Part shown: positions 1-10,818 of the stretch, piece by piece | Layout: each line of letters begins with the position of its first letter | How positions within the stretch are numbered: the stretch's first letter is position 1 | NCBI GenBank assembly: GCA_031277255.1 | Contig: JAITMS010000017.1 | Location: 177-64,176, forward strand | Reading direction: 5' to 3' | DNA from: Azonexus sp. | Lineage (GTDB): Bacteria; Pseudomonadota; Gammaproteobacteria; Burkholderiales; Rhodocyclaceae | DNA length: 64,000 nt | Translations under genes and position numbers: made by a program | Notes under the pieces: generated by a model | Told to the model about the DNA's origin: nothing | Database searches by the model: none | What the model saw: the letters and a program-made list of their open reading frames with translations, nothing else

Positions 1-5
1 AAGGG

Positions 6-1436
6 CTAGATCGTTTCCGCCTTCTGCCGCATGAAGGCGGCGGCCACGGCGGCCAGCACGAAAACTGTGGCGAGGAAGAAAAAGCTCTCGGCGTAGGCGG
101 TGTGGATGCTGGGCGGCGTCATGCCATGCGCTGTTTCGCGCCATTGGACGAAAACGGCCATGATCGCCACGCCCATGACGCCGCCCAGTTGTCGGGCATA
201 GCTGACGACGACCGATGACTGGCCGAGTTGTTGCGGCGTCATGTGGCGCAGCGTCGCCAGATTGAGGGCGGGCAGGATGAGGCCCATGCCGAGGCGGCCA
301 ATGACCGTGGCGGCGATGATCGCGGCGTATTGGATGGCTCCGCCCAGGGCGGCGAAGATGAAGAAGGAGGCGCTCAGAATGACGAGGCCGGAGAGCGTCA
401 CCCATTGGGGCGGATAACGGTCGGCGAGATGACCGGCCAAGGGCAGCATCAGCACCAGCGCGATGCCGCCGGGGAGCAGGGTCAGCCCGGCGGCGCTGGC
501 GGAAAAGGCGAGGGCGTTCTGGAGAAAAACCGGGATCAGATAGGTCGAGCCGTAAAGACCGAAGCCGTAGGCGAAAGCGACGATGCTGCCGAGCGAAAAG
601 GTACGCTGCTCAAAGAGCCGCAGATGGATGATCGGATTTTCCCGCCGCCGGGCGTGGCGGTAGTAGAGCGCCGCGCCACTGGCGACGACGAGGCAATGAG
701 CGAGCGTCCACGGCGAAGCAAGGCCGCTGTGTTGCAGGCTGGAGATGCTTTCGATCAGCGCCAGCGTCGACAGGGTCAGCCAGAACAGGCCGAGCCAGTC
801 GAAAGGCTTCGCCTCGACCTGCCGGGGCGCGGGCAGGAGACGGATCGCCATGAGTCCGGCGGCGACGGCAAAAGGCGTGCCGAGCAGAAAAATCGCCTGC
901 CAGCCAAAGCGGTCGAGCAGCACGCCGCCCAGGGATGGCGCAATGGCGGGCGTCAGGGCGATGCCGAAAATCAGGAGGCCCGACGCGCGACCCTGGATTT
1001 CCGGGGCAAACAGCCGCATCAGGGCCAGCGTCCCCATCGGTTGCAGGATGCCCGCCGCCGCCCCTTGCAGAATGCGGGCGACGACGACGAGCGGAAAGCT
1101 CGGCGCGTAATAACCGCCAATGCTGGCCAGCAGCAAGATGCTGACGGCGAACAGAAAAACGATGCGGAAACCCAGGCGATCAAGGAGCCACGAGGCGGGC
1201 AGCATGGCGATCGTCATCGCCGCGAGAAAACCCGTCATCGCCCACTGCACCTGCCCCTGACCGATGCCGAAATGGCGCGCCAGCGCCGGGATGGCGACAT
1301 TGAAACTGGAGGTGGACAGCACGCCGGCCATCGTCCCCAGGCTGAGAATGAACAGGACGATCCACTTGAAGCGCGGGCCGTAGCGTTCGGACAGCGTATC
1401 AAAGGATTCGGCGGGGCGGAGCAGGGTGCGTATCAT
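6..1436 (-). CDS. MFS transporter, DHA2 (EmrB/QacA-like) family
   Basis: 476-aa ORF, hydrophobic throughout (about 14 TM by eye), MFS-like N-terminal region. Substrate unknown. Confidence 0.75.
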   Translation of the reverse strand: MIRTLLRPAESFDTLSERYGPRFKWIVLFILSLGTMAGVLSTSSFNVAIPALARHFGIGQGQVQWAMTGFLAAMTIAMLPASWLLDRLGFRIVFLFAVSILLLASIGGYYAPSFPLVVVARILQGAAAGILQPMGTLALMRLFAPEIQGRASGLLIFGIALTPAIAPSLGGVLLDRFGWQAIFLLGTPFAVAAGLMAIRLLPAPRQVEAKPFDWLGLFWLTLSTLALIESISSLQHSGLASPWTLAHCLVVASGAALYYRHARRRENPIIHLRLFEQRTFSLGSIVAFAYGFGLYGSTYLIPVFLQNALAFSASAAGLTLLPGGIALVLMLPLAGHLADRYPPQWVTLSGLVILSASFFIFAALGGAIQYAAIIAATVIGRLGMGLILPALNLATLRHMTPQQLGQSSVVVSYARQLGGVMGVAIMAVFVQWRETAHGMTPPSIHTAYAESFFFLATVFVLAAVAAAFMRQKAETI

Positions 1437-1452
1437 CGGGTCAGGTCAGTGT

Positions 1453-3051
1453 TCAGGCGCTGGTTTCGCGCCATTCAATCAGATGCGGTCCACCCGCCGC
1501 CAGCGCCTGGGCGACAGCGGCGGTCAGCGCGGCGGGCGCGTCGGCGGTGGCGAAAGCCAGGCCGAAAGCCTTGGCGGCGTGGCTGAAATCAAGGGTCTGC
1601 GGCGTTTTCCAGCCGCGCTCGAATTCTGGCAGAGCGGCTTGCGGCAGTTCGGCAAAAATACCGCCGCCGCCGTTATTGACGACGACGACAACGGCATCGC
1701 GGCCCGCCGCCAGCGCCAGCCCGCCAATATCGTGCTGGCAGGTCAGGTCGCCGACCAGAGCGACGACGCGCCCGGCTGCCGCGGCAATGCCGAGCGCCGT
1801 CGACAGATTGCCGTCAATACCGCTTGCCCCCCGGTTGGCGTGGATCACCGGCCCTTGGTCGGCGCTCCCCGAATGGCGGTCAAGATCGCGGATGGGCAGC
1901 GAATTGCCGACAAACAGCGGGATGCCGTCCGGCAGCGCCGCCAGCAGGGCCGCTATCGCGCCGCCGTCGGCGCGGGCGGCGGCTTCTTGCCGGGCAAAGG
2001 CGGCGTGCCATGCCGCCCCGGCGGGCAGCGGTTTTTCGGCCAGCAGGGCGCGGCAAAAGGCCGCCGGGTCGCTGTGCAGCAAATCGCTCAGTTGATGCGC
2101 CGGATCGTTCCAGCGCGGCCACGGATCGACCAGCACATGCAGCGGACGTGGCCGGGCGACGAACTGTTGCAGGATTCTGGTCACCGGAAAAGCGCCGAAG
2201 CGCAGCAGCCATTCGCCGCTGGGCGCCGCCGCCAGCCAGTCGGCGTAGCGGACAGCGAGGCGGCTCCGGTCATGCCGCCCGAAACGCAGGCCGGAGAGCG
2301 GCTCGGCCAGCAGCGGGCAATCGAGCGCCGCCGCCAGCGCCGTCACGCTTTCGGCAAAACCCGGCGTGGCGGGCAGTTCGCCGCAGACGATGAAGCCGGG
2401 GCGGCGGTCGAGACGCCGGGCCAGCTCACCCACCGCCGCCGCCTCCGGCGCACGGGCGGCGGCGGTGACCCGCACCGTCGGCGGCATCGCCAATGGCGGG
2501 CAGTCGCCCGATGGCAGCAGCGGCTCGCGGAAAGGCAGGTTCAGATGCACCGGGCCGGGCAGTGGGCCGCTCGCTTCGGCGCTCGCCTGCGCCGCCAGCG
2601 CCGCCAAACGGGCCGGGGCAAAACCGGCATATGGCGCGGCCAGAAGATGACGGGCGCGCAGATACGGGCCAAACAGCGCCGTCTGGTCAATCGTCTGATT
2701 GGCCCCGCAGCCCTGCAATTCCGGCGGACGGTCAGCCGTCAGCAGCAGCAAGGGCACGCCCGCCTGACTGGCCTCGATCACCCCCGGCAGCCAGTTGGCC
2801 GGGGCGCTGCCCGAAGTCGCCAGCAACAACACCGGCTGCCGCGTCGCCCGGGCGACGCCGAGGGCGAAAAACGCCGCACAACGCTCGTCGACGACAACCT
2901 CGCAACGAATCCGCGACTGCCGCAACAAGGCCAGCGCCAGCGGCGTCGACCGCGACCCCGGCGAGATCACCGCATGACGCGCGCCCGCCGCGGTAAACCC
3001 GGCGACGAGATGCTGTGACCAGAGAAAATTGAGGGTGCCGGTGTCGGTCAT
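1453..3051 (-). CDS. menD: 2-succinyl-5-enolpyruvyl-6-hydroxy-3-cyclohexene-1-carboxylate synthase (MenD, ThDP enzyme)
   Basis: 532 aa. N-terminus LWSQHLVAGFTAAGARHAVISPGSRSTPLALA and a C-terminal ThDP-binding region (GDLTCQHDIGGL...NNGGGGIF) are typical of MenD. Confidence 0.75.
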   Translation of the reverse strand: MTDTGTLNFLWSQHLVAGFTAAGARHAVISPGSRSTPLALALLRQSRIRCEVVVDERCAAFFALGVARATRQPVLLLATSGSAPANWLPGVIEASQAGVPLLLLTADRPPELQGCGANQTIDQTALFGPYLRARHLLAAPYAGFAPARLAALAAQASAEASGPLPGPVHLNLPFREPLLPSGDCPPLAMPPTVRVTAAARAPEAAAVGELARRLDRRPGFIVCGELPATPGFAESVTALAAALDCPLLAEPLSGLRFGRHDRSRLAVRYADWLAAAPSGEWLLRFGAFPVTRILQQFVARPRPLHVLVDPWPRWNDPAHQLSDLLHSDPAAFCRALLAEKPLPAGAAWHAAFARQEAAARADGGAIAALLAALPDGIPLFVGNSLPIRDLDRHSGSADQGPVIHANRGASGIDGNLSTALGIAAAAGRVVALVGDLTCQHDIGGLALAAGRDAVVVVVNNGGGGIFAELPQAALPEFERGWKTPQTLDFSHAAKAFGLAFATADAPAALTAAVAQALAAGGPHLIEWRETSA

Positions 3052-3251
3052 CGCGGGCGGGCAGGCGGGTGAAAAAAACGAATTGTAGACGACCGGGATC
3101 GGAAGCGTCCTTGCCGCCGATCAAGGCGGGGCAATCGCGGTGTGCCGGGGCCGCGCCAAACCGGCTTCTCATCAGGCAGTGGGAGAAGCGCCGCGCGCCG
3201 CTGCCGCCGTGCCGGGCCAAGGCTTGGCGGCAGCGGTCAGGCAACCCGGCA

Positions 3252-3959
3252 TCAATCGCCGCCGCCGCCGCCGCATCCCCCGCCACAGCCGCCGCCATCT
3301 CCGCCACTGCCGGAATCATCGCTACCTGAGGCATCACTGCCTGAATGGCCGAAACCGTCGGTGCCGCCGTCGATTGATGAGCGACCGAAGTCGCCGCCGC
3401 ATTGCGCGCCGGCGACTCCGCTCTGGCGTAATTGCGCGCAATCCGGGTGGTAAACGTAGCCGTTGGGAATGTTGTATTTCACGTCCAGGGCAAAAAGCAG
3501 CGGCAGCCGGGTGGGTTTCACCGGATGGATGCCTTCTTCCTTGCAGCAGTGCCACCAGACGCGCCGCAGCCCGGCGTTTGATGCCTTGTGCGCTGGCGAC
3601 AGCACAACAGCGGGCGTGTGATGAAAAAAGCGGCCAAAGGCTTTGTCGCAGAAATGTCGATATTCACGGGTGTAGAGGATGAATTCATGCCAGAGGTCGT
3701 CGGCGACTTGCGATGGCATGGCGACATATTGACGACCGCTGCGAAGATAAGCCATGAAAAACTGACGCAGCCCCTGACTGACCAAGGCTGTTTCCTTGCG
3801 GGTAAATTGCGGGTAACGCTTGGCCAGTTTATCGAGCAGACCGGGCGGCCAGCGATAATCGCGGATAAATTCGGCGCGCCGCGCCTGTTTCACCGTATGA
3901 AAGAGTGGCCAGGCCAAAAGGAATAAAAGGGCGGCTATCGCTACCGAGAGGTATCCCAT
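3252..3959 (-). CDS. membrane-anchored hypothetical protein with C-terminal Gly/Ser/Asp/Cys low-complexity tail
   Basis: Start trimmed to MGYLSVAIAALLFLL (CAT at 3957-3959) so it no longer overlaps yajD. One N-terminal TM, a conserved-looking WHEFILYTREY core, and the tail GGDGGGCGGGCGGGGGD. Confidence 0.55.
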   Translation of the reverse strand: MGYLSVAIAALLFLLAWPLFHTVKQARRAEFIRDYRWPPGLLDKLAKRYPQFTRKETALVSQGLRQFFMAYLRSGRQYVAMPSQVADDLWHEFILYTREYRHFCDKAFGRFFHHTPAVVLSPAHKASNAGLRRVWWHCCKEEGIHPVKPTRLPLLFALDVKYNIPNGYVYHPDCAQLRQSGVAGAQCGGDFGRSSIDGGTDGFGHSGSDASGSDDSGSGGDGGGCGGGCGGGGGD

Positions 3960-3987
3960 TATGGCCGCGCCATCATTTGGCCGACGC

Positions 3988-4356
3988 TCATTTCCCGCCC
4001 TTGAGCAGCCCTTGCAACCCGGCAAAGGGATTGTGCGTAGCGCCGCCGCCCCGCTCGTTGCAGGCGTCGGTGTAGCCGCGGTCGGCTTCGATCTGTTTCT
4101 GGTGTTCGTTGTCGTGGCAGTAGAGGCAGAGCAGTTCCCAGTTGCTGCCGTCCGGCGGATTGTGGTCGTGGTTGTGGTCGCGGTGGTGCACGGTCAGTTG
4201 ACTGAGGTTGGCGTGGGTGAATTCGCGGGCGCAGCGGCCACAGATCCAAGGGTAGAGCTTGAGCGCCCGTTCCCGATAACCGGCGGCGCGGTCGGCGGCG
4301 GTCTGGCGGGCGGTGGCGGTGATTTGGTCGAGTCTGGCGTGGTCGATGGTTTTCAT
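3988..4356 (-). CDS. yajD: HNH endonuclease family protein YajD
   Basis: 122 aa. YRERALKLYPWICGRCAREF...HHRDHNHDHNPPDGSNWELLCLYCHDNEH closely matches my recollection of E. coli YajD. Confidence 0.85.
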   Translation of the reverse strand: MKTIDHARLDQITATARQTAADRAAGYRERALKLYPWICGRCAREFTHANLSQLTVHHRDHNHDHNPPDGSNWELLCLYCHDNEHQKQIEADRGYTDACNERGGGATHNPFAGLQGLLKGGK

Positions 4357-4435
4357 GGGCGGCTCCTGAGGATCAGCCGATTTTAGCGGCTTGGCCGTAA
4401 AATCCGGTTTTTCTCAAAAGCGTTCAAGCTGAACA

Positions 4436-5326
4436 ATGCTGCCGATCCGTTACATCGAGCCGGTTTTCCGCCCGCCGAGCGAGGCGGAATCGCTGATTCT
4501 GCCGGTCACCGACGGTTGTTCGTGGAATCACTGCACCTTTTGCGACATGTACACCGCGCCGCAAAAGAAATTCCGCGCCCGTGAGGAGGCGGAAGTCATC
4601 GACAGCCTGCGTCTCACCGGCGAGCGTTACGGCGAGCGTATCCGCCGCGTGTTTCTCGCCGATGGCGACGCCCTGGCGCTGCCGACGCGCCGCCTCCTTG
4701 CCATCCTCGCCGCCATCCGCACCCATCTGCCCGCCGTGCGGCGCATTTCCAGCTACTGCCTGCCGCGTAATCTGCGTAAAAAATCGCCGGACGAAATGAG
4801 CGAACTGGCGGCGGCGGGCCTGTCGATGGCCTATGTCGGCGCCGAGTCGGGCGACGACGCCGTGCTGGACAAGGTGAATAAAGGCGAAACCTTTGAGAGC
4901 ACCTGCGTAGCCTTGGAAAAACTGGGCGCGGCCGGTATCAGCCGCTCGGTGATGATTCTCAACGGCCTCGGCGGTGGGGTTTTATCGCCGCAACATGCCG
5001 AAAATTCAGCGCGGCTCGCCAATGCCACCCAGCCGGAATATCTGGCGACGCTGGTGGTCAGCTTGCCCCAGGGCGAAGCGCGTTTTCGCGCCGCCTTTCC
5101 CGAATGGGAACCGCTCGACCAGCGCGGTTTGTTCGCCGAAATGGAACATTTTCTCTCGGCGCTGGAATTGCAACGCACGGTCTTCAGGAGCGACCATGCC
5201 TCCAACTGGCTCATCCTCAAAGGCACGCTGGGGGCGGACAAGGAACGCCTGTTGGCGGAAGTGCGCTCAGCCATCGCCGCGCCCGCAACAGCCCGCCTGC
5301 GCCCGGCCTGGGCGCGCGGGTTGTAG
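4436..5326 (+). CDS. radical SAM domain protein (function unknown)
   Basis: 296 aa. Cys triad near the N-terminus, GCSWNHCTFCDMY (spacing Cx4Cx2C), followed by FLADGDAL and GAESG segments typical of the radical SAM half-barrel. Confidence 0.7.
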   Translation: MLPIRYIEPVFRPPSEAESLILPVTDGCSWNHCTFCDMYTAPQKKFRAREEAEVIDSLRLTGERYGERIRRVFLADGDALALPTRRLLAILAAIRTHLPAVRRISSYCLPRNLRKKSPDEMSELAAAGLSMAYVGAESGDDAVLDKVNKGETFESTCVALEKLGAAGISRSVMILNGLGGGVLSPQHAENSARLANATQPEYLATLVVSLPQGEARFRAAFPEWEPLDQRGLFAEMEHFLSALELQRTVFRSDHASNWLILKGTLGADKERLLAEVRSAIAAPATARLRPAWARGL

Positions 5327-5398
5327 ATGAACGTTGGCGGCGGCAGCGCCGCTCCCTATACTCGCCCAAATTGACCCTATCCCGGAGCAAACGCCGCC

Positions 5399-6097
<699 letters not shown>

Positions 6098-6135
6098 ATA
6101 AATCTAAAATACGTTAATCCAATAGGATATAAATT

Positions 6136-6987
6136 ATGAGTTTGCCTGTTGATTTTTTACCTGAAGAATATCTGAGGCTGCACCCCGATGTCAGGATATC
6201 CGGTATCGACCCTGTTCAGCATTGGCAAATCTGGGGGTGCAAGGAAGGCCGCAATTATAAACGCGACCCCAATGCCCTGACACCCATCGTCGAGCGCCCT
6301 TATCAGCATGATAATTTGGTTTCCAGGCACAACCACGATTTTATGAGCGATCCGCGCTTCATAAAAGCCTACGCCCGGGGCGTCAAGGCGACCGGAGCCG
6401 ACTACCAGTGGTACTGGCGGGTACACATCGGCCTGTGGGCTGCCCGAACAGCGGCAAAGCATCAAGGCGACTTCGTTGAATGCGGTGTCAACTACGGTTT
6501 CCTCAGTTCAGCCATCATGGAAGACCTGGACTGGAACAATACCGGCAGAAAATTTTACTTGCTCGACACCTATGCTGGTATTGATGACCGCTATTTGTCC
6601 GCCCATGAAAAAATAGCCGGTGTTTCTGACAGGAGTCGCCAATCGATTGAAAATGGGTTTTACACGACCAATATTGATGCAGTAAAAAATAATTTTTCTG
6701 AATGGCCAGGCGCGGTCATTGTGCAAGGCGCGGTCCCCGATACTCTGGTTGAAATTAATTCCACTGAAATCACTTATTTACACCTCGACATGAATTGCGT
6801 CCTTCCCGAAGTCGCGGCGCTTGATTATCTATGGGATCGGCTGATACCGGGCGCGATTGTCCTGTTCGATGATTACGCCTATTTTGGCTATCAGCCGCAA
6901 AAGGAAGGCACGGACGAGTGGGCTGCCAAGATGGGCGTTGCCATTGCCAGCTTGCCTACTGGTCAGGGGTTGCTAATCAAGCCGTGA
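6136..6987 (+). CDS. TylF/MycF (macrocin O-methyltransferase)-family class I SAM methyltransferase
   Basis: 283 aa. GDFVECGVNYG (SAM-binding loop), LHLDMN and VLFDDY motifs. The N-terminal EEYLRLHPDV..GIDPVQHW motif is common on polysaccharide-modifying enzymes. The gene is about 47-50% GC. Confidence 0.65.
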   Translation: MSLPVDFLPEEYLRLHPDVRISGIDPVQHWQIWGCKEGRNYKRDPNALTPIVERPYQHDNLVSRHNHDFMSDPRFIKAYARGVKATGADYQWYWRVHIGLWAARTAAKHQGDFVECGVNYGFLSSAIMEDLDWNNTGRKFYLLDTYAGIDDRYLSAHEKIAGVSDRSRQSIENGFYTTNIDAVKNNFSEWPGAVIVQGAVPDTLVEINSTEITYLHLDMNCVLPEVAALDYLWDRLIPGAIVLFDDYAYFGYQPQKEGTDEWAAKMGVAIASLPTGQGLLIKP

Positions 6988-6998
6988 GGGCTTGTGAT

Positions 6999-7025
6999 GA
7001 TGGGTTTCGCTGCGCTCTACCCATC
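6999..7025. repeat. REP-type hairpin (GATGGGT-N13-ACCCATC)
   Basis: Inverted repeat right after the methyltransferase stop. Same family as the TGGGTTAGCGCAGCGTAACCCA hairpin at about 13193-13220. Confidence 0.45.
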
Positions 7026-7079
7026 CACGCCTCTACGCCTCGATTTTGAGTCTTGGGGCGGCTTGCCAAAAGTTGTTGG

Positions 7080-7095
7080 CTGTATAAAAATACAG
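7080..7095 (+). promoter_or_regulatory. LexA operator (SOS box) CTGTATAAAAATACAG
   Basis: Perfect CTGT-N8-ACAG palindrome 25 nt upstream of the lexA ATG. Confidence 0.85.
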
Positions 7096-7120
7096 CCATT
7101 GGTTTTTGCCGGAGTCGCCC

Positions 7121-7714
7121 ATGAAACTTACGCCGCGTCAGCAGGAAATTCTGGATTTCATTAAAAGTTCGCTGGAAACGCTGGGCGCGCCGCCGACGCG
7201 GGTGGAGATTGCCAGCGCCTTCGGTTTTGCTTCGCCCAATGCGGCGGAGGATCATCTGAGGGCGCTGGCGAAAAAGGGGGCTATCGTTCTTGAACCTGGC
7301 TCGGCGCGCGGCATCCGCCTTGTCGAGCAGCTTGGTTTGCCGCTCATCGGCAGCGTTGCCGCCGGTTCGCCGATTCTTGCCGTTGAAAACGTGCAGGGGC
7401 GTTATGCGCTCGATGCCGGGCTGTTCAGTCCGCGCGCCGATTTTTTGCTCAAGGTGCGCGGGCTGTCGATGATCGACGCCGGTATTCTTGATGGCGATCT
7501 GCTCGCCGTGCACAAAACCAGCCAGGGGCGGGATGGGCAGATTGTCGTCGCCCGGCTGGATGATGACGTGACCGTCAAGCGGCTGGAGATTCGCGCCGGA
7601 CACATCCGCCTGCTGGCTGAAAACCCCGATTTCGCGCCGATTGTCGTCAATCCGGGCGAAGTCGAGTTCGCCATCGAGGGCATTGCCGTCGGCCTTATCC
7701 GTGGCGCTACATAG
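7121..7714 (+). CDS. lexA: LexA repressor
   Basis: [14 protein letters not shown]..., winged-helix N-domain, AG cleavage site region (VAAGSP), S24 peptidase C-domain. GGAG RBS at 7111-7114. The ORF-track start at 7106 is a TTG. Confidence 0.95.
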   Translation: MKLTPRQQEILDFIKSSLETLGAPPTRVEIASAFGFASPNAAEDHLRALAKKGAIVLEPGSARGIRLVEQLGLPLIGSVAAGSPILAVENVQGRYALDAGLFSPRADFLLKVRGLSMIDAGILDGDLLAVHKTSQGRDGQIVVARLDDDVTVKRLEIRAGHIRLLAENPDFAPIVVNPGEVEFAIEGIAVGLIRGAT

Positions 7715-7862
7715 AGGACAGAAGACGGAGGACAGAAGACAGAGGGGTATTCAGTGAGCAGCCATCAGAAAATTTTCGGCGCGAAGCGCCGCAAATCAGC
7801 AGACCACAGACTACCTCTCTGTCTTCTGTCTTCTGTCCTCCGTCTTCTGCCCTCCGTCTTCC
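7714..7862. repeat. heptamer-armed hairpin element, copy 1
   Basis: Left arm 7714-7746 (GAG GACAGAA GACGGAG GACAGAA GACAGAG GG). Right arm 7816-7862 is the complement (CTCTGTC TTCTGTC...). The 69-nt core contains CGGCGCGAAGCGCCG. Confidence 0.8.
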
Positions 7863-7996
7863 GGGTCGTTGAAGGGCAGGTTGGCGGCTTCGTCGAAATC
7901 CTTGCGCCGTTTGCTGCTGTAGGCCCAGATGGCGATGACCAGAAAGCAGATGAGGCCGGCGACGGTGACGAGGGAGCGCATATCGTTGATGTCCAT
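7811..7996 (-). CDS. CcoQ/FixQ-like small membrane protein (cbb3 oxidase subunit 3 family), orphan
   Basis: 61 aa. MDINDMRSLVTVAGLICFLVIAIWAY resembles CcoQ/FixQ N-termini. No ccoNOP nearby. The last 16 or so codons lie in the repeat arm. Confidence 0.55.
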   Translation of the reverse strand: MDINDMRSLVTVAGLICFLVIAIWAYSSKRRKDFDEAANLPFNDPEDGGQKTEDRRQKTER

Positions 7997-8005
7997 GCGT
8001 TTCTT

Positions 8006-9895
<1,890 letters not shown>

Positions 9896-9900
9896 CGGAA

Positions 9901-10383
9901 TCAACGCCGCCGGAAGGTCTTGTGGCAGTCCTGGCAGGTGTCGTAGACGGCCTGATAGGGCTTGTCCAGTTGCTTGCGATCTTTGGTTTGCGCGGCAATC
10001 AGCAGCTTGTCGGTGGCGGCGATGAAAGCCGCCTTGGCCTCGGTGAATTTTTCCGGCTGCCGCCAGACTTCGGCGGTGGCCTTGGTCGGCGGATAGTCGG
10101 TGTCGGTGCCGAAATGCGACCACGGGCCATCGCGCTGGGCAATCAGATCCTCGGTCATGGCGAGGAACTTGTCGGCCTTGTAGTCGCCTTTTCTCAGCAT
10201 CACGCCCATCGGCTCAAAGCTGCGGATGATCGCCTTGAATGCCTCTTGCCGGGTTTTGACCGGCTGGCCGGGACGGGTGTCCTCGACTTCACCACAGGCG
10301 GCGATGAGCGTGACGGCAAGGAGCAGGGCGAGAGGCAGGGCAGGGCGCATGGCGGCAGCAAAAAAGAGGGAAAGGAGGCGCAT
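9901..10383 (-). CDS. cytochrome c' (class II cytochrome c), probable lipoprotein
   Basis: C-terminal haem motif CQDCHKTF, four-helix-bundle size. Signal peptide with lipobox LIAAC. Start taken at MRLLSLFF. Confidence 0.7.
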   Translation of the reverse strand: MRLLSLFFAAAMRPALPLALLLAVTLIAACGEVEDTRPGQPVKTRQEAFKAIIRSFEPMGVMLRKGDYKADKFLAMTEDLIAQRDGPWSHFGTDTDYPPTKATAEVWRQPEKFTEAKAAFIAATDKLLIAAQTKDRKQLDKPYQAVYDTCQDCHKTFRRR

Positions 10384-10554
10384 TATACGGGACTGCCGCA
10401 AGGCCCGCCGCAGGGGCACGCCATGTTGCCCTTATTCCCAATTCCCTCGAATTCGAGGGATTCTATCCGGGGCGGCAAACCAGACACCAAGCGGGTTGAA
10501 TAATGGGGCGGCTCTTATTATTATACTCAGGTATAACTCTTTGAAAGGGACATC

Positions 10555-10818
10555 ATGCACACTACGAGCCTGCGCAAAGTCGGTGGTTCAATCATGCTGG
10601 CCGTGCCGCCAGCCCTTCTTGATGTCTTGAACCTTGGCGTCGGGGCAAAAGTCGGTCTGGCTGTGGACAATGGCCGTCTGATGGTTGAACCTGCTGCCCG
10701 TCCCCGGTATACCCTCGATGCGCTATTGGCGGAAGCCGAAGCCGCCGGTGTTTACCCATTGCCGGTCGAGGAGCGCGAATGGGTCGATGCACCAACGGTC
10801 GGCGGGGAGCTTGTTTGA
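10555..10818 (+). CDS. mazE: type II antitoxin, MazE/ChpS/PemI (AbrB/SpoVT) family
   Basis: 87 aa. LRKVGGSIMLAVPPALLDVLNLGVG swapped-hairpin motif. Its stop overlaps the toxin start (TGATG at 10816-10820). Confidence 0.8.
   Translation: MHTTSLRKVGGSIMLAVPPALLDVLNLGVGAKVGLAVDNGRLMVEPAARPRYTLDALLAEAEAAGVYPLPVEEREWVDAPTVGGELV

Noticed and set aside
228-3018. Long ORFs antisense to or overlapping real genes. Examples: 228-1586 (+), 1426-3018 (+), 8571-9998 (-), 11319-12581 (-), 18623-19987 (-), 39129-40508 (-), 45723-47459 (+), 48791-49789 (-), 51029-52432 (+), 60014-61252 (+), 61751-62971 (+).
   Set aside because: They are shadow ORFs typical of high-GC DNA: Arg/Gly/Ala/Pro-rich, without recognisable motifs. 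Each overlaps a gene with clear family signatures on the other strand or in another frame.
7714-7862. Heptamer repeat arms as a CRISPR array or a coding tandem repeat.
   Set aside because: The repeat unit is 7 nt with no spacers, the arms are mutually complementary (hairpin), and there are no cas genes. This is not CRISPR-like.
9896-10123. 76-codon N-terminal extension of the msbA ORF (705 aa in the ORF track).
   Set aside because: The extension is Arg/His-rich, overlaps the 3' end of the cytochrome c' gene in another frame, and precedes a sensible ATG (9895) that gives a normal MsbA N-terminus.
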